Below are positions 1 through 11,663 of a stretch of DNA of 64,000 bases, piece by piece. The position numbers and the translations under genes are program-made. This stretch comes from Deltaproteobacteria bacterium (GTDB taxonomy: Bacteria; Desulfobacterota; Desulfomonilia; UBA1062), in the NCBI GenBank assembly GCA_015486075.1, contig WFSG01000032.1, positions 13,794 to 77,793 on the forward strand. The letters are read 5' to 3'. Positions within the stretch are counted from its first letter, which is position 1; each line of letters starts with the position of its first letter. Under the pieces are notes generated by a model that saw nothing but the letters and a program-made list of their open reading frames with translations, was not told the DNA's origin and did not search any database.

Positions 1-38
1 AGTGGATAGGACTGAACCTTAAGGACATAGTACTAGAG

Positions 39-1466
39 ATGGAGAAAAAGGGCATAGACATAACAGGTGTTGAGGACATAAGGAGAGCCATGGAGATAAA
101 GGACGAAGGTATGTACGAATATACCTTCCCCCACTATCCCTCAAACAAGCTTACTAAAAAACTCTTATCCTTTGCGTCGGTGCATTTCCTGAACAGACGA
201 TGGATTACCGTGGTATGCTCACCCTATAGCGAGGTAGTTTTCCTTATGTCTGGCACATTCAGGAATACCCTTGTCCTTGGATCTGCGAGCATCATTCTGG
301 TGATAGGAGCAACCATCTTTCTTCTGAGGATGAACAAGGCCAGGGTAAAGGCCTACGAGAGAAGCATATGGGCAGACAAGGTGGTTGTTGCACACAAGCG
401 CATGGAGGCGATCTTCAACGGCGTGCCGCATTACCTAGTGATGATAGACTCGCACTTTCTGATAAGCGACATAAACCAGAGATTTTGTACGCTATGCATG
501 AAGTCGCCTGAGTATTTTATCGGAAAACATTGTTACAAGGATTTTACAACTAAGGAAAGAATATGTCATTATAACATAATACAGGAATGTTTCAAGACAG
601 GGAGGATTCTTGAAGATAGGAACTGGAAACTGGAGATAATGGGAACCCCTTATTTTCTAGATGTCAGCGTGATTCCCCTCTTTGGGTCAAAGGGAGAGGT
701 GGAATACGTTGTCCAGTATGCTGTTGACATTACCGAGAAGAAGGCACTCACGGAAAAGCTCATTCAGGCAGAGAAATTCGCAGCAATAGGTCAGATGTCA
801 GCACACGTTGCCCATGAACTGAGGAATCCACTTACATCCATACTGTTAAATGCAGAGCTTCTTGAGGACGAGGTTGGTTCCGATGATATGGATATTAACG
901 AGGTGCTAAGCTCGGTGCGATCTATAAAAGAGGAGATAGAGCGTCTTTCGACGATAACAGAGGAGTATCTTGCCTATACGAGGCTTCCTCGCCCCAAAAA
1001 ACAGATCCTTGATCCAGTAGAAGAGATAAACTCTGTGATCGAAATGATGAAGCAGGAGCTGAACAAGAGGGATATAAGATTCTCCTTTAAACCGGCTCCG
1101 AGTATACCAAAGGTGTTGATGGATCGAGGGCAATTCAGGCAGGTTCTCATAAATCTTATAAAGAATGCAATGGATGCCATGCCTTCAAATGGCAATCTTG
1201 ATATATCGTTGATGGAGAGGGAACACAACCTGCTCTTAATAGTAAAGGACACAGGCTTTGGTATCCCGGAAGATATACGGAGACGCGTGTTTGATCCTTA
1301 CTTTACTACCAAGGAAAACGGTACAGGTCTAGGACTGGCCATAGTACAGTACATAGCAAGTGCACACAATGGCTGGGTGGACGTAGAGAGCCAGCCCGGT
1401 TCAGGTACAACGTTCATATTCTCGGTACCGTTCTATGTGCCCAGTGAGAAGGAAGCAGCAGGATGA
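39..1466 (+). CDS. Sensor histidine kinase (PAS-like region, HisKA H-box HELRNPLTSI, HATPase_c G-box GTGLGLAIV). The reading frame is open to the window edge, so the N-terminus may lie upstream.
   Basis: Motifs read directly from the translation. One TM segment, LVLGSASIILVIGATIFLL. No in-frame stop between position 1 and the ATG at 39. Confidence 0.8.
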   Translation: MEKKGIDITGVEDIRRAMEIKDEGMYEYTFPHYPSNKLTKKLLSFASVHFLNRRWITVVCSPYSEVVFLMSGTFRNTLVLGSASIILVIGATIFLLRMNKARVKAYERSIWADKVVVAHKRMEAIFNGVPHYLVMIDSHFLISDINQRFCTLCMKSPEYFIGKHCYKDFTTKERICHYNIIQECFKTGRILEDRNWKLEIMGTPYFLDVSVIPLFGSKGEVEYVVQYAVDITEKKALTEKLIQAEKFAAIGQMSAHVAHELRNPLTSILLNAELLEDEVGSDDMDINEVLSSVRSIKEEIERLSTITEEYLAYTRLPRPKKQILDPVEEINSVIEMMKQELNKRDIRFSFKPAPSIPKVLMDRGQFRQVLINLIKNAMDAMPSNGNLDISLMEREHNLLLIVKDTGFGIPEDIRRRVFDPYFTTKENGTGLGLAIVQYIASAHNGWVDVESQPGSGTTFIFSVPFYVPSEKEAAG

Positions 1467-2527
1467 AGCAACCGGGAGTAGGCCTTATACTGGTGGTAGT
1501 ATTTATTTTAAGTACATTTGATGCCTATGCAGTGGATTTAGATATCTTTGTACCAGCAGGAACAGGAGATGTTCAGCTTCTCTCTCCAGGGACAACCGCA
1601 GTGTTATCACACCTAAAGGTAGAACTTAAATCCAGACTGGATGCCCTCACCAGGAGGCATGCTCTGGTCAAGTTAAAATTAGAATCGGATTCAGCCAGGC
1701 ACCTTTATAGGATTAGAAGTAATGAATACGAATCTGAAGTAAATTCAATAAAAAGTCATTACATGACCAAACTGGTAATACGCGTAACAGATGCCAGGGC
1801 AATAATTGCACCAGATGCCTCTACAATGGGCGAGATATATTTTCGCTACCGGGCAAAGAACACATCGGACCGTGTTATAGCAAGTATAACCTACAGGCCG
1901 ACCATAGGATCGATAGTTGTGCCGACTCCCACCCCCTTGGTCCTAGAGTTTTTGGATCCAGCTACGCTCGAGTTTGGTCTGGCTCCGGGAAAAGATATGG
2001 CTGATACGTCCAGCCAGCCGGAGAAATTTTCTTTTTTTGTCGGTGAACTCACAGCAAAGGACGTAGATTTCGTAAGGAGGAATATCTCCAAAGAATTTCG
2101 TCTAGACGTGGTTGATATACGTTTTGCTGATAGGGTTGGTTATAAGGATCAAACAAGGATAATGGATGTAAGGCGGGCCTTCGCTAGTAGGCTTCGTCCC
2201 CTGTTAGAAAAAGTCCATAATGCGCGTGCTGTAGCGATGGAAAAGGAGGCAATGTATAAAAATGCACTAGTTGCATACAATAGGGAGAAGACAGACCTTT
2301 TGAAAAGGTTTGCAGCCTCTGTTACGTCACTCAAGAAAAGTGCCCTAAGGTACAGGTGCAAGCAAAAGGATAAAGGGAGGTATACAGCCAGGGGGGTAGA
2401 ACCGGGGCAATATGTGATCTATTCAAAGAGACCGAATGATATGGCTGTCTTTTATACTATTGAAGTGAGGGGAAAGGCCCAGACCATAAAGATTCCATCA
2501 ATAAGAAAGGACCCGTTTATACCATGA
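1463..2527 (+). CDS. Exported hypothetical protein (354 aa). It is translationally coupled between the kinase and the sigma-54 regulator.
   Basis: N-terminal signal peptide (LILVVVFILSTFDAYA|VD). ATGA overlaps at both ends, 1463-1466 and 2524-2527. No recognisable family motif. Confidence 0.6.
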   Translation: MKQPGVGLILVVVFILSTFDAYAVDLDIFVPAGTGDVQLLSPGTTAVLSHLKVELKSRLDALTRRHALVKLKLESDSARHLYRIRSNEYESEVNSIKSHYMTKLVIRVTDARAIIAPDASTMGEIYFRYRAKNTSDRVIASITYRPTIGSIVVPTPTPLVLEFLDPATLEFGLAPGKDMADTSSQPEKFSFFVGELTAKDVDFVRRNISKEFRLDVVDIRFADRVGYKDQTRIMDVRRAFASRLRPLLEKVHNARAVAMEKEAMYKNALVAYNREKTDLLKRFAASVTSLKKSALRYRCKQKDKGRYTARGVEPGQYVIYSKRPNDMAVFYTIEVRGKAQTIKIPSIRKDPFIP

Positions 2528-3867
2528 AAAGAGTACTGGTAGTGGACGACGAGGTAGGGATTAGGGAATCGGTAAAGCGTATACTGGAGAAACAGGGCTT
2601 TGATGTGGTCACTGCCTCAAATGGGGAAGATGCGTTTAAGTTGATAAGAGAGGAAGCAATAGACCTAGTCATTACAGACATTAGAATGGCAGGTATGGAT
2701 GGCGTTGATCTTCTCAAGGTCTGCAAGTCTGTATCGCCCACCACCGAGGTAATCATGATAACAGGCTATGCGTCAGTAGACACGGCAGTGGAATCAATGA
2801 AACTTGGTGCATACGATTATATTACAAAGCCTTTTAAAAAGGCAGAGCTTTTAAAGGCGGTCAACAAGGCTATTGAAAAGCAGACCCTAAGCTTAGACAA
2901 CATTAAGCTCAAGAAACGCTTGGAAGAGATCGACAAGGGTATGCTGGTTGGTATAGCTAGCCCAAAGATGAGAGAGGTAATAGACCTTGTCCAACAGGTG
3001 GCGCCTAGCCAGGCAACGATACTAATACTTGGAGAGTCAGGTACTGGAAAGGAGGTGATAGCCAACCTTATCCACAGGCTATCACCTAGGGGAAACAGGC
3101 CCATGATAAAGGTAAATTGCGCGGCATTGCCAGAGACCCTCATTGAGGCTGAGCTCTTTGGCTATGAAAAGGGTGCGTTCACAGGTGCAGTATCAAACAG
3201 GGAGGGACGTTTTGAGGCCGCTGATATGTCTACCATATTTCTGGACGAGGTAGGGGAAATTCCACCTGAAGTGCAAGTCAAGCTACTGAGGATACTGCAG
3301 GAGGGGAAACTGGAAAGACTGGGCAGTAATAAGACCATTACCGTGGATACAAGAATTATAGCGGCCACGAACAAAGATCTGGAGACAATGGTGAAGCAAG
3401 GTGGGTTCAGGGAGGATCTATACTGGAGGCTCAATGTGATCAGCATACACCTTCCACCCCTGAGGGAAAGAAAAGAGGATATCCCAGCCCTGGTGCAATA
3501 TTTCATGGGTAGGTTTGCAAAGAAGAACAGTAAGGAAATAAAGGGGATAGAATCCAAAGCAATGGATATCTTGCTTGGCTACGAGTGGCCGGGTAATGTG
3601 AGGGAACTGGAGAATGTCATTGAGCGGTGCGTGGTACTGGACAGGGACTCGGTTATAGGTATTGATGACCTTCCCTCTAGTTTGATCAAGGACGATATGC
3701 GCAAGGTAGACCGCATTACAATAAAGCTTGGTACTCCACTAGAAGAGGTTGAGAAAATATTGATGGAAGAAGCACTCAAGTACACCAAGGGTGATAAGAA
3801 CTTGGCAGCCAAGCTCTTGGGAGTATCTACAAGGACGCTTTACAGAAAACTAGGCAAGGAAGAGTAG
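2524..3867 (+). CDS. Sigma-54-dependent response regulator, NtrC family (REC + AAA+ + Fis-type HTH).
   Basis: Receiver domain with DDE..D, Walker A GESGTGKE, GAFTGA motif, ESELFGH-like box, C-terminal HTH (LLGVSTRTLYRKL). Confidence 0.9.
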   Translation: MKRVLVVDDEVGIRESVKRILEKQGFDVVTASNGEDAFKLIREEAIDLVITDIRMAGMDGVDLLKVCKSVSPTTEVIMITGYASVDTAVESMKLGAYDYITKPFKKAELLKAVNKAIEKQTLSLDNIKLKKRLEEIDKGMLVGIASPKMREVIDLVQQVAPSQATILILGESGTGKEVIANLIHRLSPRGNRPMIKVNCAALPETLIEAELFGYEKGAFTGAVSNREGRFEAADMSTIFLDEVGEIPPEVQVKLLRILQEGKLERLGSNKTITVDTRIIAATNKDLETMVKQGGFREDLYWRLNVISIHLPPLRERKEDIPALVQYFMGRFAKKNSKEIKGIESKAMDILLGYEWPGNVRELENVIERCVVLDRDSVIGIDDLPSSLIKDDMRKVDRITIKLGTPLEEVEKILMEEALKYTKGDKNLAAKLLGVSTRTLYRKLGKEE

Positions 3868-3903
3868 TAAGGCGTAATGTGCTATTCCGGTGTTCTTTGT
3901 TAC

Positions 3904-5253
3904 TCAATTGATTTTCTCAGGCCTTATGTTGTATTTCTTGATCTTGTAGTTTATAACCCTCCTTGATATACCCAGAAGGGCAGCTGCATCTTTCTGAACC
4001 CAGTTGGCCTTTTTCAATGCCTGAATAACAAGGGTTTTCTCTTGGGATTCTAGTGTATTTAGATTTTCTTCCTTTTTCTCTCCTATCCCTGATAGCAGGA
4101 TTTCATCAGGGCCTATGGTTGAGCCCTTGCACAGTACAACCGCTGACTCTATTATGTTTTTAAGTTCCCTAACATTACCTGGCCACTGGTGGCTGAACAG
4201 GATGTTCATTGCCCTTTTGTCTATGCCTATTATCTTTTTCCCTGTTTTTCTACTGAACTCAGAAAGAAAGATTTGGACAAGCCCGGGTATATCCTCTTTT
4301 CTCTCCCTCAATGAAGGGAGTTTGATGGAAATCACCTTGAGACGGTAATAAAGGTCTGACCTGAATGATCCATCCTCAACCTTTGCTTCCAGGTCTGCGT
4401 TGGTGGCTGCTATCACCCTTATATCCACTTGCTTGGGCTTCAGCTCTCCAACGCGTCTGAACTCTCCAGACTCGAGTACCCTCAAGAGCCTAGTCTGCAT
4501 CTCGGGCGATATGTTTCCTATCTCGTCCAAAAATAGTGTACCCATATCTGCCTCTTCGATAATACCCCTTTTGTCCTTTATGGCACCTGTAAATGCACCT
4601 CTAACATATCCAAATAATTCAGACTCTATAAGTGAGGGCGGGGTGGCTCCACAATCCATTACAACGAACTTTCTTCTCTTCCGCCTGCTCTCGTAATGGA
4701 TCATGCGGGCTATGAGTTCCTTGCCAGTGCCTGATTCTCCTTGTATTAGCACAGTCGAGTCAGAGTCACTAACCTGCCTAGCTATGGCCAGTGTCCTTTT
4801 CATTGCAGGACTCTCGGCGTATATCCTGTACTCGATGCTATCACCCACCTCCTGCTCGAGAAAACGAACTCTCTGTTTCAACTCCCTTTTCTCCATAGCC
4901 TTCTCAATCTTTGTGACTAGTTCAAGAGGCTCGAATGGTTTTGATATGTAATCGTATGCACCTTCTTTTATTGCCCTGACTGCCCCCTCAATGGAGCCAT
5001 ATGCTGTAAGTATTATGACTTCTACATCCGGGTCTATCTTCTTTGCCTCCCTGAGTACAACCATTCCGTCCATTTCAGGCATTTTCTGGTCGGTCACAAG
5101 CACGCAGTAACTATCGTGCCTGAGTGCATTCAGTGCCGTTGATGGGTCAGTAAAACCATGCACGTTAAAGTCCATGGATTCAAGCCTGGTGACGATTACC
5201 TCCACTATATTCGGATCATCGTCGAGTACAAGGATTTTTGACCTTGACTTCAT
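3904..5253 (-). CDS. Sigma-54-dependent response regulator, NtrC family. A paralogue of 2524-3867.
   Basis: REC domain, GESGTGKELIARMIH, GAFTGA, C-terminal HTH (LLGISRRVINYKIKKY). Ends 36 bp from the convergent regulator gene. Confidence 0.9.
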   Translation of the reverse strand: MKSRSKILVLDDDPNIVEVIVTRLESMDFNVHGFTDPSTALNALRHDSYCVLVTDQKMPEMDGMVVLREAKKIDPDVEVIILTAYGSIEGAVRAIKEGAYDYISKPFEPLELVTKIEKAMEKRELKQRVRFLEQEVGDSIEYRIYAESPAMKRTLAIARQVSDSDSTVLIQGESGTGKELIARMIHYESRRKRRKFVVMDCGATPPSLIESELFGYVRGAFTGAIKDKRGIIEEADMGTLFLDEIGNISPEMQTRLLRVLESGEFRRVGELKPKQVDIRVIAATNADLEAKVEDGSFRSDLYYRLKVISIKLPSLRERKEDIPGLVQIFLSEFSRKTGKKIIGIDKRAMNILFSHQWPGNVRELKNIIESAVVLCKGSTIGPDEILLSGIGEKKEENLNTLESQEKTLVIQALKKANWVQKDAAALLGISRRVINYKIKKYNIRPEKIN

Positions 5254-5762
5254 TGCATGCCTCTTCTCTTTTCTGTATGTATATATATCTCCTCCATTTT
5301 TTTAAGTTTATACATCAGCTCATCCCTTTCTTTCTGAAGCTTTTCTTTACGCTTTTCACTAGTTCTTAGCACCTGGCCTAGTCTTGATATTTCCTTGTTC
5401 TGCGTCTCGATGAGCCTTACAAGTGATAACATGTAACCTGCCTCTATCTTGAGATCCCTTGGGGTCAAGGGATCCTGTATTACGTTATTAAGTAGTCTTG
5501 CTGCATAACCTGTATTTTTCGTATCCTTCAACATGGCATTAAGCGCTATGGCAATATCTTGCCTGGCCTTTCCTCCGGGTGGAAGCCAACCCTTAACCCT
5601 TATATCCTTTAGACCCACCGTCTTGCCAGTGGCCAGGGTATCCTCAGTCTCTCTCAGCGTCTGTGTGCCTGATAGACTCGTGCAGGCAAACATTATGCAG
5701 CTAACTAGATAGAGGTAAATCAAAGGAAAACGTACTGCCCTTACCATAGTTGCTTTTGACAT
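5250..5762 (-). CDS. Hypothetical lipoprotein (about 171 aa) with a coiled-coil C-terminus, sitting between the kinase and the sigma-54 regulator.
   Basis: Start chosen at the ATG preceded by GGAGGT plus a 7-nt spacer (minus strand). Signal peptide with lipobox LVSC. Overlaps the kinase 3' end by about 60 nt and the regulator start by ATGA. Lys/Glu-rich C-terminal heptads. Confidence 0.5.
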   Translation of the reverse strand: MSKATMVRAVRFPLIYLYLVSCIMFACTSLSGTQTLRETEDTLATGKTVGLKDIRVKGWLPPGGKARQDIAIALNAMLKDTKNTGYAARLLNNVIQDPLTPRDLKIEAGYMLSLVRLIETQNKEISRLGQVLRTSEKRKEKLQKERDELMYKLKKMEEIYIHTEKRRGMQ

Positions 5763-7182
5763 TAATTTTACCTCCATGTGCTTCGATAATTGTCTTGGCA
5801 ATAGCAAGGCCTAGCCCGGTTCCACTGTGACCTCTTGTTGATTTTGACTGGTAAAACTTTTCGAATATAAGAGATAATTCCCCCTCGGGGATACCATAGC
5901 CGTAGTCTTTTATCTCCACAGTTACGGTATTTTTCTTGTGATGTACCCTTATCTCAATCTGTGCACCGCTTTTAGAATATTTGATTGCATTATGAGTGAG
6001 ATTTGTCAACACCTCTAGTATTTTATTTATATCCACCATTACCGTACATGGTCTGGATGTATAATAGGCCTTGATCTTGATGCCCTTTCTCTCTGCATAG
6101 GGTTGTATCTCGGTAATATGGGTTGAGACCAGCTTATTAAGGTCATAAGGTGCTATGTTAAGTCTTGACATACCGCTTTCAAGCTTTGAAAGTTCCAGAA
6201 TTTCGGTTATTATTGAAAGTAGGCGATCAATTCCCTGTTGCATTATAACAAGCAACTTTGCCTGCTTGTCCGTAACGCGTCCCCCTACACCCTCCATCAA
6301 TAGGTTGGCAGCCTCTTTCATGGATGTAAGGGGTGTTTTGAGCTCGTGTGATACTATTGAAAGGAATTCGGATTTCATATCGTCCAGATGCTTTAACCTG
6401 CTTGCCATATCGTTGAATGAACTTGCCAGCATCCCCAGTTCGTCAGCTGTATCTACCTGGATTTTGTAGGAGAAATCACCTTTTGCTATATACTCGGTGC
6501 CTAGCTTTATTGCATCTAGGTCACTAGTGATCTTTCTGTATAACATGAAAGGTATTATTAGCCCAATGCTTATAGCAATGCCAAAGGCCCACCACGTGAA
6601 AACAAGCGTACTGTCTCCAAGCGCCTTTAGAGAGATAACTTTTTTTCCCATTGCCTTTGTGGCCTCTATGTTTGCTATGCGTACATCTCTTACTATCTCG
6701 TCGATATCCTTGCTGTTAGATGCGAACAGGTCTTCAATCCTGGATCCCTGTGGGACATCTTTTGCCTGCATATTAAAGTGTACAAGGAAATTCTCCCAAA
6801 GCTTTTCTCCTTTTTCTATGGCATCTTTTCCCACCTGACTACCTGCCAACCTAGGGGATAAGAGGGAATGCCATCTGCCATTGATCTCTTTGATCTTTTT
6901 CCCCAGGATATCCTTGTAAACAGGTTGCCTTAGCAACAGGAACTGCTTTGCAGCCTCTTCAAAAGAGATCAGGTTATCAACTAGATGATCTGTTATGTCC
7001 TTTGTCCTGTAGTCGACTAGGTACATCTCCCTGGTGATCTTCCAGAACCTGGAAGAAACGTATAGTAGCGATACGTTCAACCCGACAATAAGAACGATAA
7101 AGATGGTATAGGCTGTAATAAGCCTTGCAAGTAGCCCTGGTTTCTTCACGCTAAAGATTATAGACTTTAGTCCGATAATCAT
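5701..7182 (-). CDS. Sensor histidine kinase (2 TM, periplasmic domain, HAMP, HisKA, HATPase_c).
   Basis: H-box [12 protein letters not shown]-box [18 protein letters not shown], two hydrophobic segments flanking a roughly 150-aa periplasmic region. Confidence 0.85.
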   Translation of the reverse strand: MIIGLKSIIFSVKKPGLLARLITAYTIFIVLIVGLNVSLLYVSSRFWKITREMYLVDYRTKDITDHLVDNLISFEEAAKQFLLLRQPVYKDILGKKIKEINGRWHSLLSPRLAGSQVGKDAIEKGEKLWENFLVHFNMQAKDVPQGSRIEDLFASNSKDIDEIVRDVRIANIEATKAMGKKVISLKALGDSTLVFTWWAFGIAISIGLIIPFMLYRKITSDLDAIKLGTEYIAKGDFSYKIQVDTADELGMLASSFNDMASRLKHLDDMKSEFLSIVSHELKTPLTSMKEAANLLMEGVGGRVTDKQAKLLVIMQQGIDRLLSIITEILELSKLESGMSRLNIAPYDLNKLVSTHITEIQPYAERKGIKIKAYYTSRPCTVMVDINKILEVLTNLTHNAIKYSKSGAQIEIRVHHKKNTVTVEIKDYGYGIPEGELSLIFEKFYQSKSTRGHSGTGLGLAIAKTIIEAHGGKINVKSNYGKGSTFSFDLPLSS

Positions 7183-7199
7183 TCAAGGGTATAAGCATA

Positions 7200-7535
7200 A
7201 TGGGTAACGAGATATCTTCTCTTAATGCAAATTCTATCCTTATTGCAAACGCTGCAGCAAACCTTGCCAATCTTAATACTAGGGATTACAAGTCAATAAG
7301 GACCACAATAGTAAACGAAAGGGATGGTGAAGTCTCTGTGAAGACAGAGAGATCAAGTCAAAGGGGATCACCCTTGGAAAGTGGCCACGAGACGTCCAAC
7401 GTGCACATACCAAGAGAGATTGTTGACATGATAAGGGCAAAAGTAGGTTATGAATCAGCCCTGAAAGCTATCAAGACGCTAGACGAAACCCTGAAGAGTG
7501 TTATGGACATTCTGGGGTCTGGACCTAGAGAATAA
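7200..7535 (+). CDS. Hypothetical small protein (111 aa). Weak C-terminal resemblance to the anti-sigma-28 factor FlgM.
   Basis: ORF with an Ala/Asn-rich N-terminus and a C-terminal segment EIVDMIRAKVGYESALKAI loosely resembling the FlgM C-terminal helix. Not conclusive. Confidence 0.35.
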   Translation: MGNEISSLNANSILIANAAANLANLNTRDYKSIRTTIVNERDGEVSVKTERSSQRGSPLESGHETSNVHIPREIVDMIRAKVGYESALKAIKTLDETLKSVMDILGSGPRE

Positions 7536-7561
7536 GCAAGGTTTTCAACCAGCTTTGTTCC

Positions 7562-9147
<1,586 letters not shown>

Positions 9148-9433
9148 TACCCATTACCTCCTTTACCAGATGGCTGTATGGCCATATGAGGTTAAATTAC
9201 CAAGGATGCAAATAAAGCACCTATGTACTGCCACGTCTTTGATACATTGCATCGGTAACGTTTTTAAGTCAAGTATAAACACGGCTCATTTCTTTATATG
9301 GGAGGTATATAGAAAGAAGAGACAGGCAGATGCCTTGCAAAGTCACTTATAAATACACTAATATTTTCGTTAGGCCGTAAAGTTTATGATTCTTGCAAAA
9401 ATCTGATGTCTTTGATATGGTTTTTTTAGGCGA

Positions 9434-9520
9434 GCCGGAGTGGTGGAACTGGCAGACGCGTCGGACTCAAAATCCGATGGGCATTACGCCCGTGGGGGTT
9501 CGATTCCCCCCTCCGGCACC
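9434..9520 (+). tRNA. tRNA-Leu (anticodon CAA), type II with a long variable arm.
   Basis: Acceptor GCCGGAG/CTCCGGC, anticodon loop CTCAAAA, T-arm GGGGGTTCGATTCCCCC. Overall similar to E. coli leuX-type tRNA. Confidence 0.85.
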
Positions 9521-9830
9521 TGTTATGTGATATGCTTGAGTTGACAAGATATCCAGGATTGGAAGGCCAAAGCTTGCATGCTATTTAATCATGGCTGGAG
9601 AAGCTTGCTATTGCAACTAGGCTTTTAATGGCATCCATGTAACCAAGTAGGGAAACTTGGCTTTGCTACACTGAAATGCTTGACACCAGGACCGTATAAG
9701 ATTATTATAATAATTGTACAAGGTTACATTGCTATGGATTTCCGTTCCCTAGTTGGGGAGATTTAATGGGAGAAATGGCTCCTAACTTATACATATCGCC
9801 ATACAATTAACATAATTTGGGAGGTGTAGC

Positions 9831-11201
9831 ATGAGGCATAGGCTTTTCCATCTATGGGTTTTGCTGGTAGTGGCGCTAACTTTATCTGTTTCAGCTCTAA
9901 TGCCAGCGAACTTAAGGGCAGCCGAGGCAGATCAGTCGCAAATATCCGACCTGCTTGGCAACAGTTATCTTAGCACTAATCCTGATACTGGGAAACGCGT
10001 TCTTCATCTGGAAGGTGGGCCTTATCAGATGGGTTTTCAGCAGGGTTATTGGCTGGCCAGCGGGGTTTACAGGATGACCCACGAGTACATGGTATACGTA
10101 CTGGAAAACTTTGGACTTTCTGAGTCATCGTACGAAGCCTTGAGACCGGCACTGGTTGCAACATGCCATGCAAACGAGCTAGCCGTGCCGCTTGAATACA
10201 GGATGGAGATGCTTGGAGTGGCAGACGGTGCCCAGGAGCAAGGCTATGATGTGACCTATGATGATGTTATGCTCCTTAACATGGGCTTTGACGTACTTCT
10301 CAGCGTGGCATATCCCCTGGCAACACCCTTGATTGCTCTTCAAGAAGGAGGCTATGGATTACCTTTGGACTGTGATGCATTTGTTGCTTACGGTAATGCA
10401 ACTGCCGACCATGGGGTGCTTATGGGTAGGGATTTTATGTTCACTCCACACGTGTTTAGCGAGGAGGCGTTGCTTATCGAATATTTTCCCAGCAATGGTT
10501 CTCCTTTTGTCAGTGTAACAGCCCCAGGATTTGTTGGCGTGACATCGGCCATGAATGCCAATGGTATTGCAATAGGAATGGATATGGTTCCTGAGATAAG
10601 GACAAATCCATTGGCTCCTGGGATGGGCTGTCTGCTTACAGCTAGAAAGGTAATCCAATATTCTCAAGAGCTTAGTGACGCTATAAACATCATAAAGTCT
10701 ACACCTAGAGGTGTTTCCTGGCTTTATGTTATAGGTGATGGAGGTGGTAACAATATAGGTGGAGCAGTTGTGGAGGCTTCACCTGATCTGGTCAGGGTAA
10801 GGTATACCAACTATAAATACACCGGAGATTTCTTACCTGAGAAATATTTCCCAAGGCAGATAGAAGATAAGGATGATCTCGTGGTTGTTGCAAACCATTA
10901 TATAATCCCTGCGATGATTCTAGCTACTGGAAGCTATGCAATAGAGGACTCACTCTGGAGGTACGAGACCCTTACAGGTCTGTTGCTGGATAAATACGGC
11001 AGTATAGATGATGAGACTGGCAGAGGACTTGTAGATTATCTCCATCCGCCTGCTTATGGTTATTATGGTGATGATCCAAACCAGCCTATTGGTGCCAGTA
11101 GGACCCTCTACGACCTGAGCAACTTAAGGCTTTGGAGCCTTTATGGAAATTACAATGATCCCTGGGTATACTATGACTTGGGAGAGAGGTTGGCCGAGTA
11201 A
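9831..11201 (+). CDS. Secreted Ntn-hydrolase family protein (peptidase C45 / choloylglycine-hydrolase-like).
   Basis: Signal peptide. Internal motif LDCDAFVAYGNATADHGVLMGRDFMF matches the C-[ST]-x-F...GRN-x-D-[WF] nucleophile region of Ntn hydrolases. Confidence 0.5.
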   Translation: MRHRLFHLWVLLVVALTLSVSALMPANLRAAEADQSQISDLLGNSYLSTNPDTGKRVLHLEGGPYQMGFQQGYWLASGVYRMTHEYMVYVLENFGLSESSYEALRPALVATCHANELAVPLEYRMEMLGVADGAQEQGYDVTYDDVMLLNMGFDVLLSVAYPLATPLIALQEGGYGLPLDCDAFVAYGNATADHGVLMGRDFMFTPHVFSEEALLIEYFPSNGSPFVSVTAPGFVGVTSAMNANGIAIGMDMVPEIRTNPLAPGMGCLLTARKVIQYSQELSDAINIIKSTPRGVSWLYVIGDGGGNNIGGAVVEASPDLVRVRYTNYKYTGDFLPEKYFPRQIEDKDDLVVVANHYIIPAMILATGSYAIEDSLWRYETLTGLLLDKYGSIDDETGRGLVDYLHPPAYGYYGDDPNQPIGASRTLYDLSNLRLWSLYGNYNDPWVYYDLGERLAE

Positions 11202-11663
11202 GTAATAGAATGTACAGGGGAGCATCACACCCGTGATAAGGAAAAAACCTTTGTAGGTTTATTATGATTACGATGTTGTTTACAGGGTGTGATACTCTCC
11301 TCCTGTCGTAAGTGCATGCCAAGTTAATTTAAAGGGAAAGACAAAGGTAATTAGTGGCTTTGTTGGTGATATCATTGGCTCGGTGTAAGAGTTTAGCCAG
11401 ATAAAGGCAGAGAACTTTCCGCTTTTTCAGGCCGCTGGCCGCTTTACGCATGATACACTGCTAAGACTTGCAGTAACAGATGCCATTTTGATGGGGTTAC
11501 TATCAGGAATACGGCAGGAAGTACCTTGGTGCAGGGTACGGAGATCTTTTCCTGGGTTGGCTATGACATGCTTGTGAAGCCTTTGTCTTTGCTTAAGACC
11601 TGTTTAAAGAAGCCAGGAAGTGTGCAGAGATCACACACAACCATACATAAGGTATAAAGGGCC

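Noticed and set aside
3162-4951. Antisense ORFs within both sigma-54 regulator genes.
   Set aside because: Embedded in conserved AAA+ coding sequence, low complexity, no RBS.
5763-5807. Longer starts (M1/M11) for the 5250-5807 lipoprotein ORF.
   Set aside because: The ATG at 5762 is the one preceded by GGAGGT at ideal spacing. Upstream Mets add a non-signal-peptide extension deeper inside the kinase gene.
9170-9352. 60-aa ORF upstream of tRNA-Leu.
   Set aside because: Lies in an AT-rich promoter region with no RBS and poor coding character.
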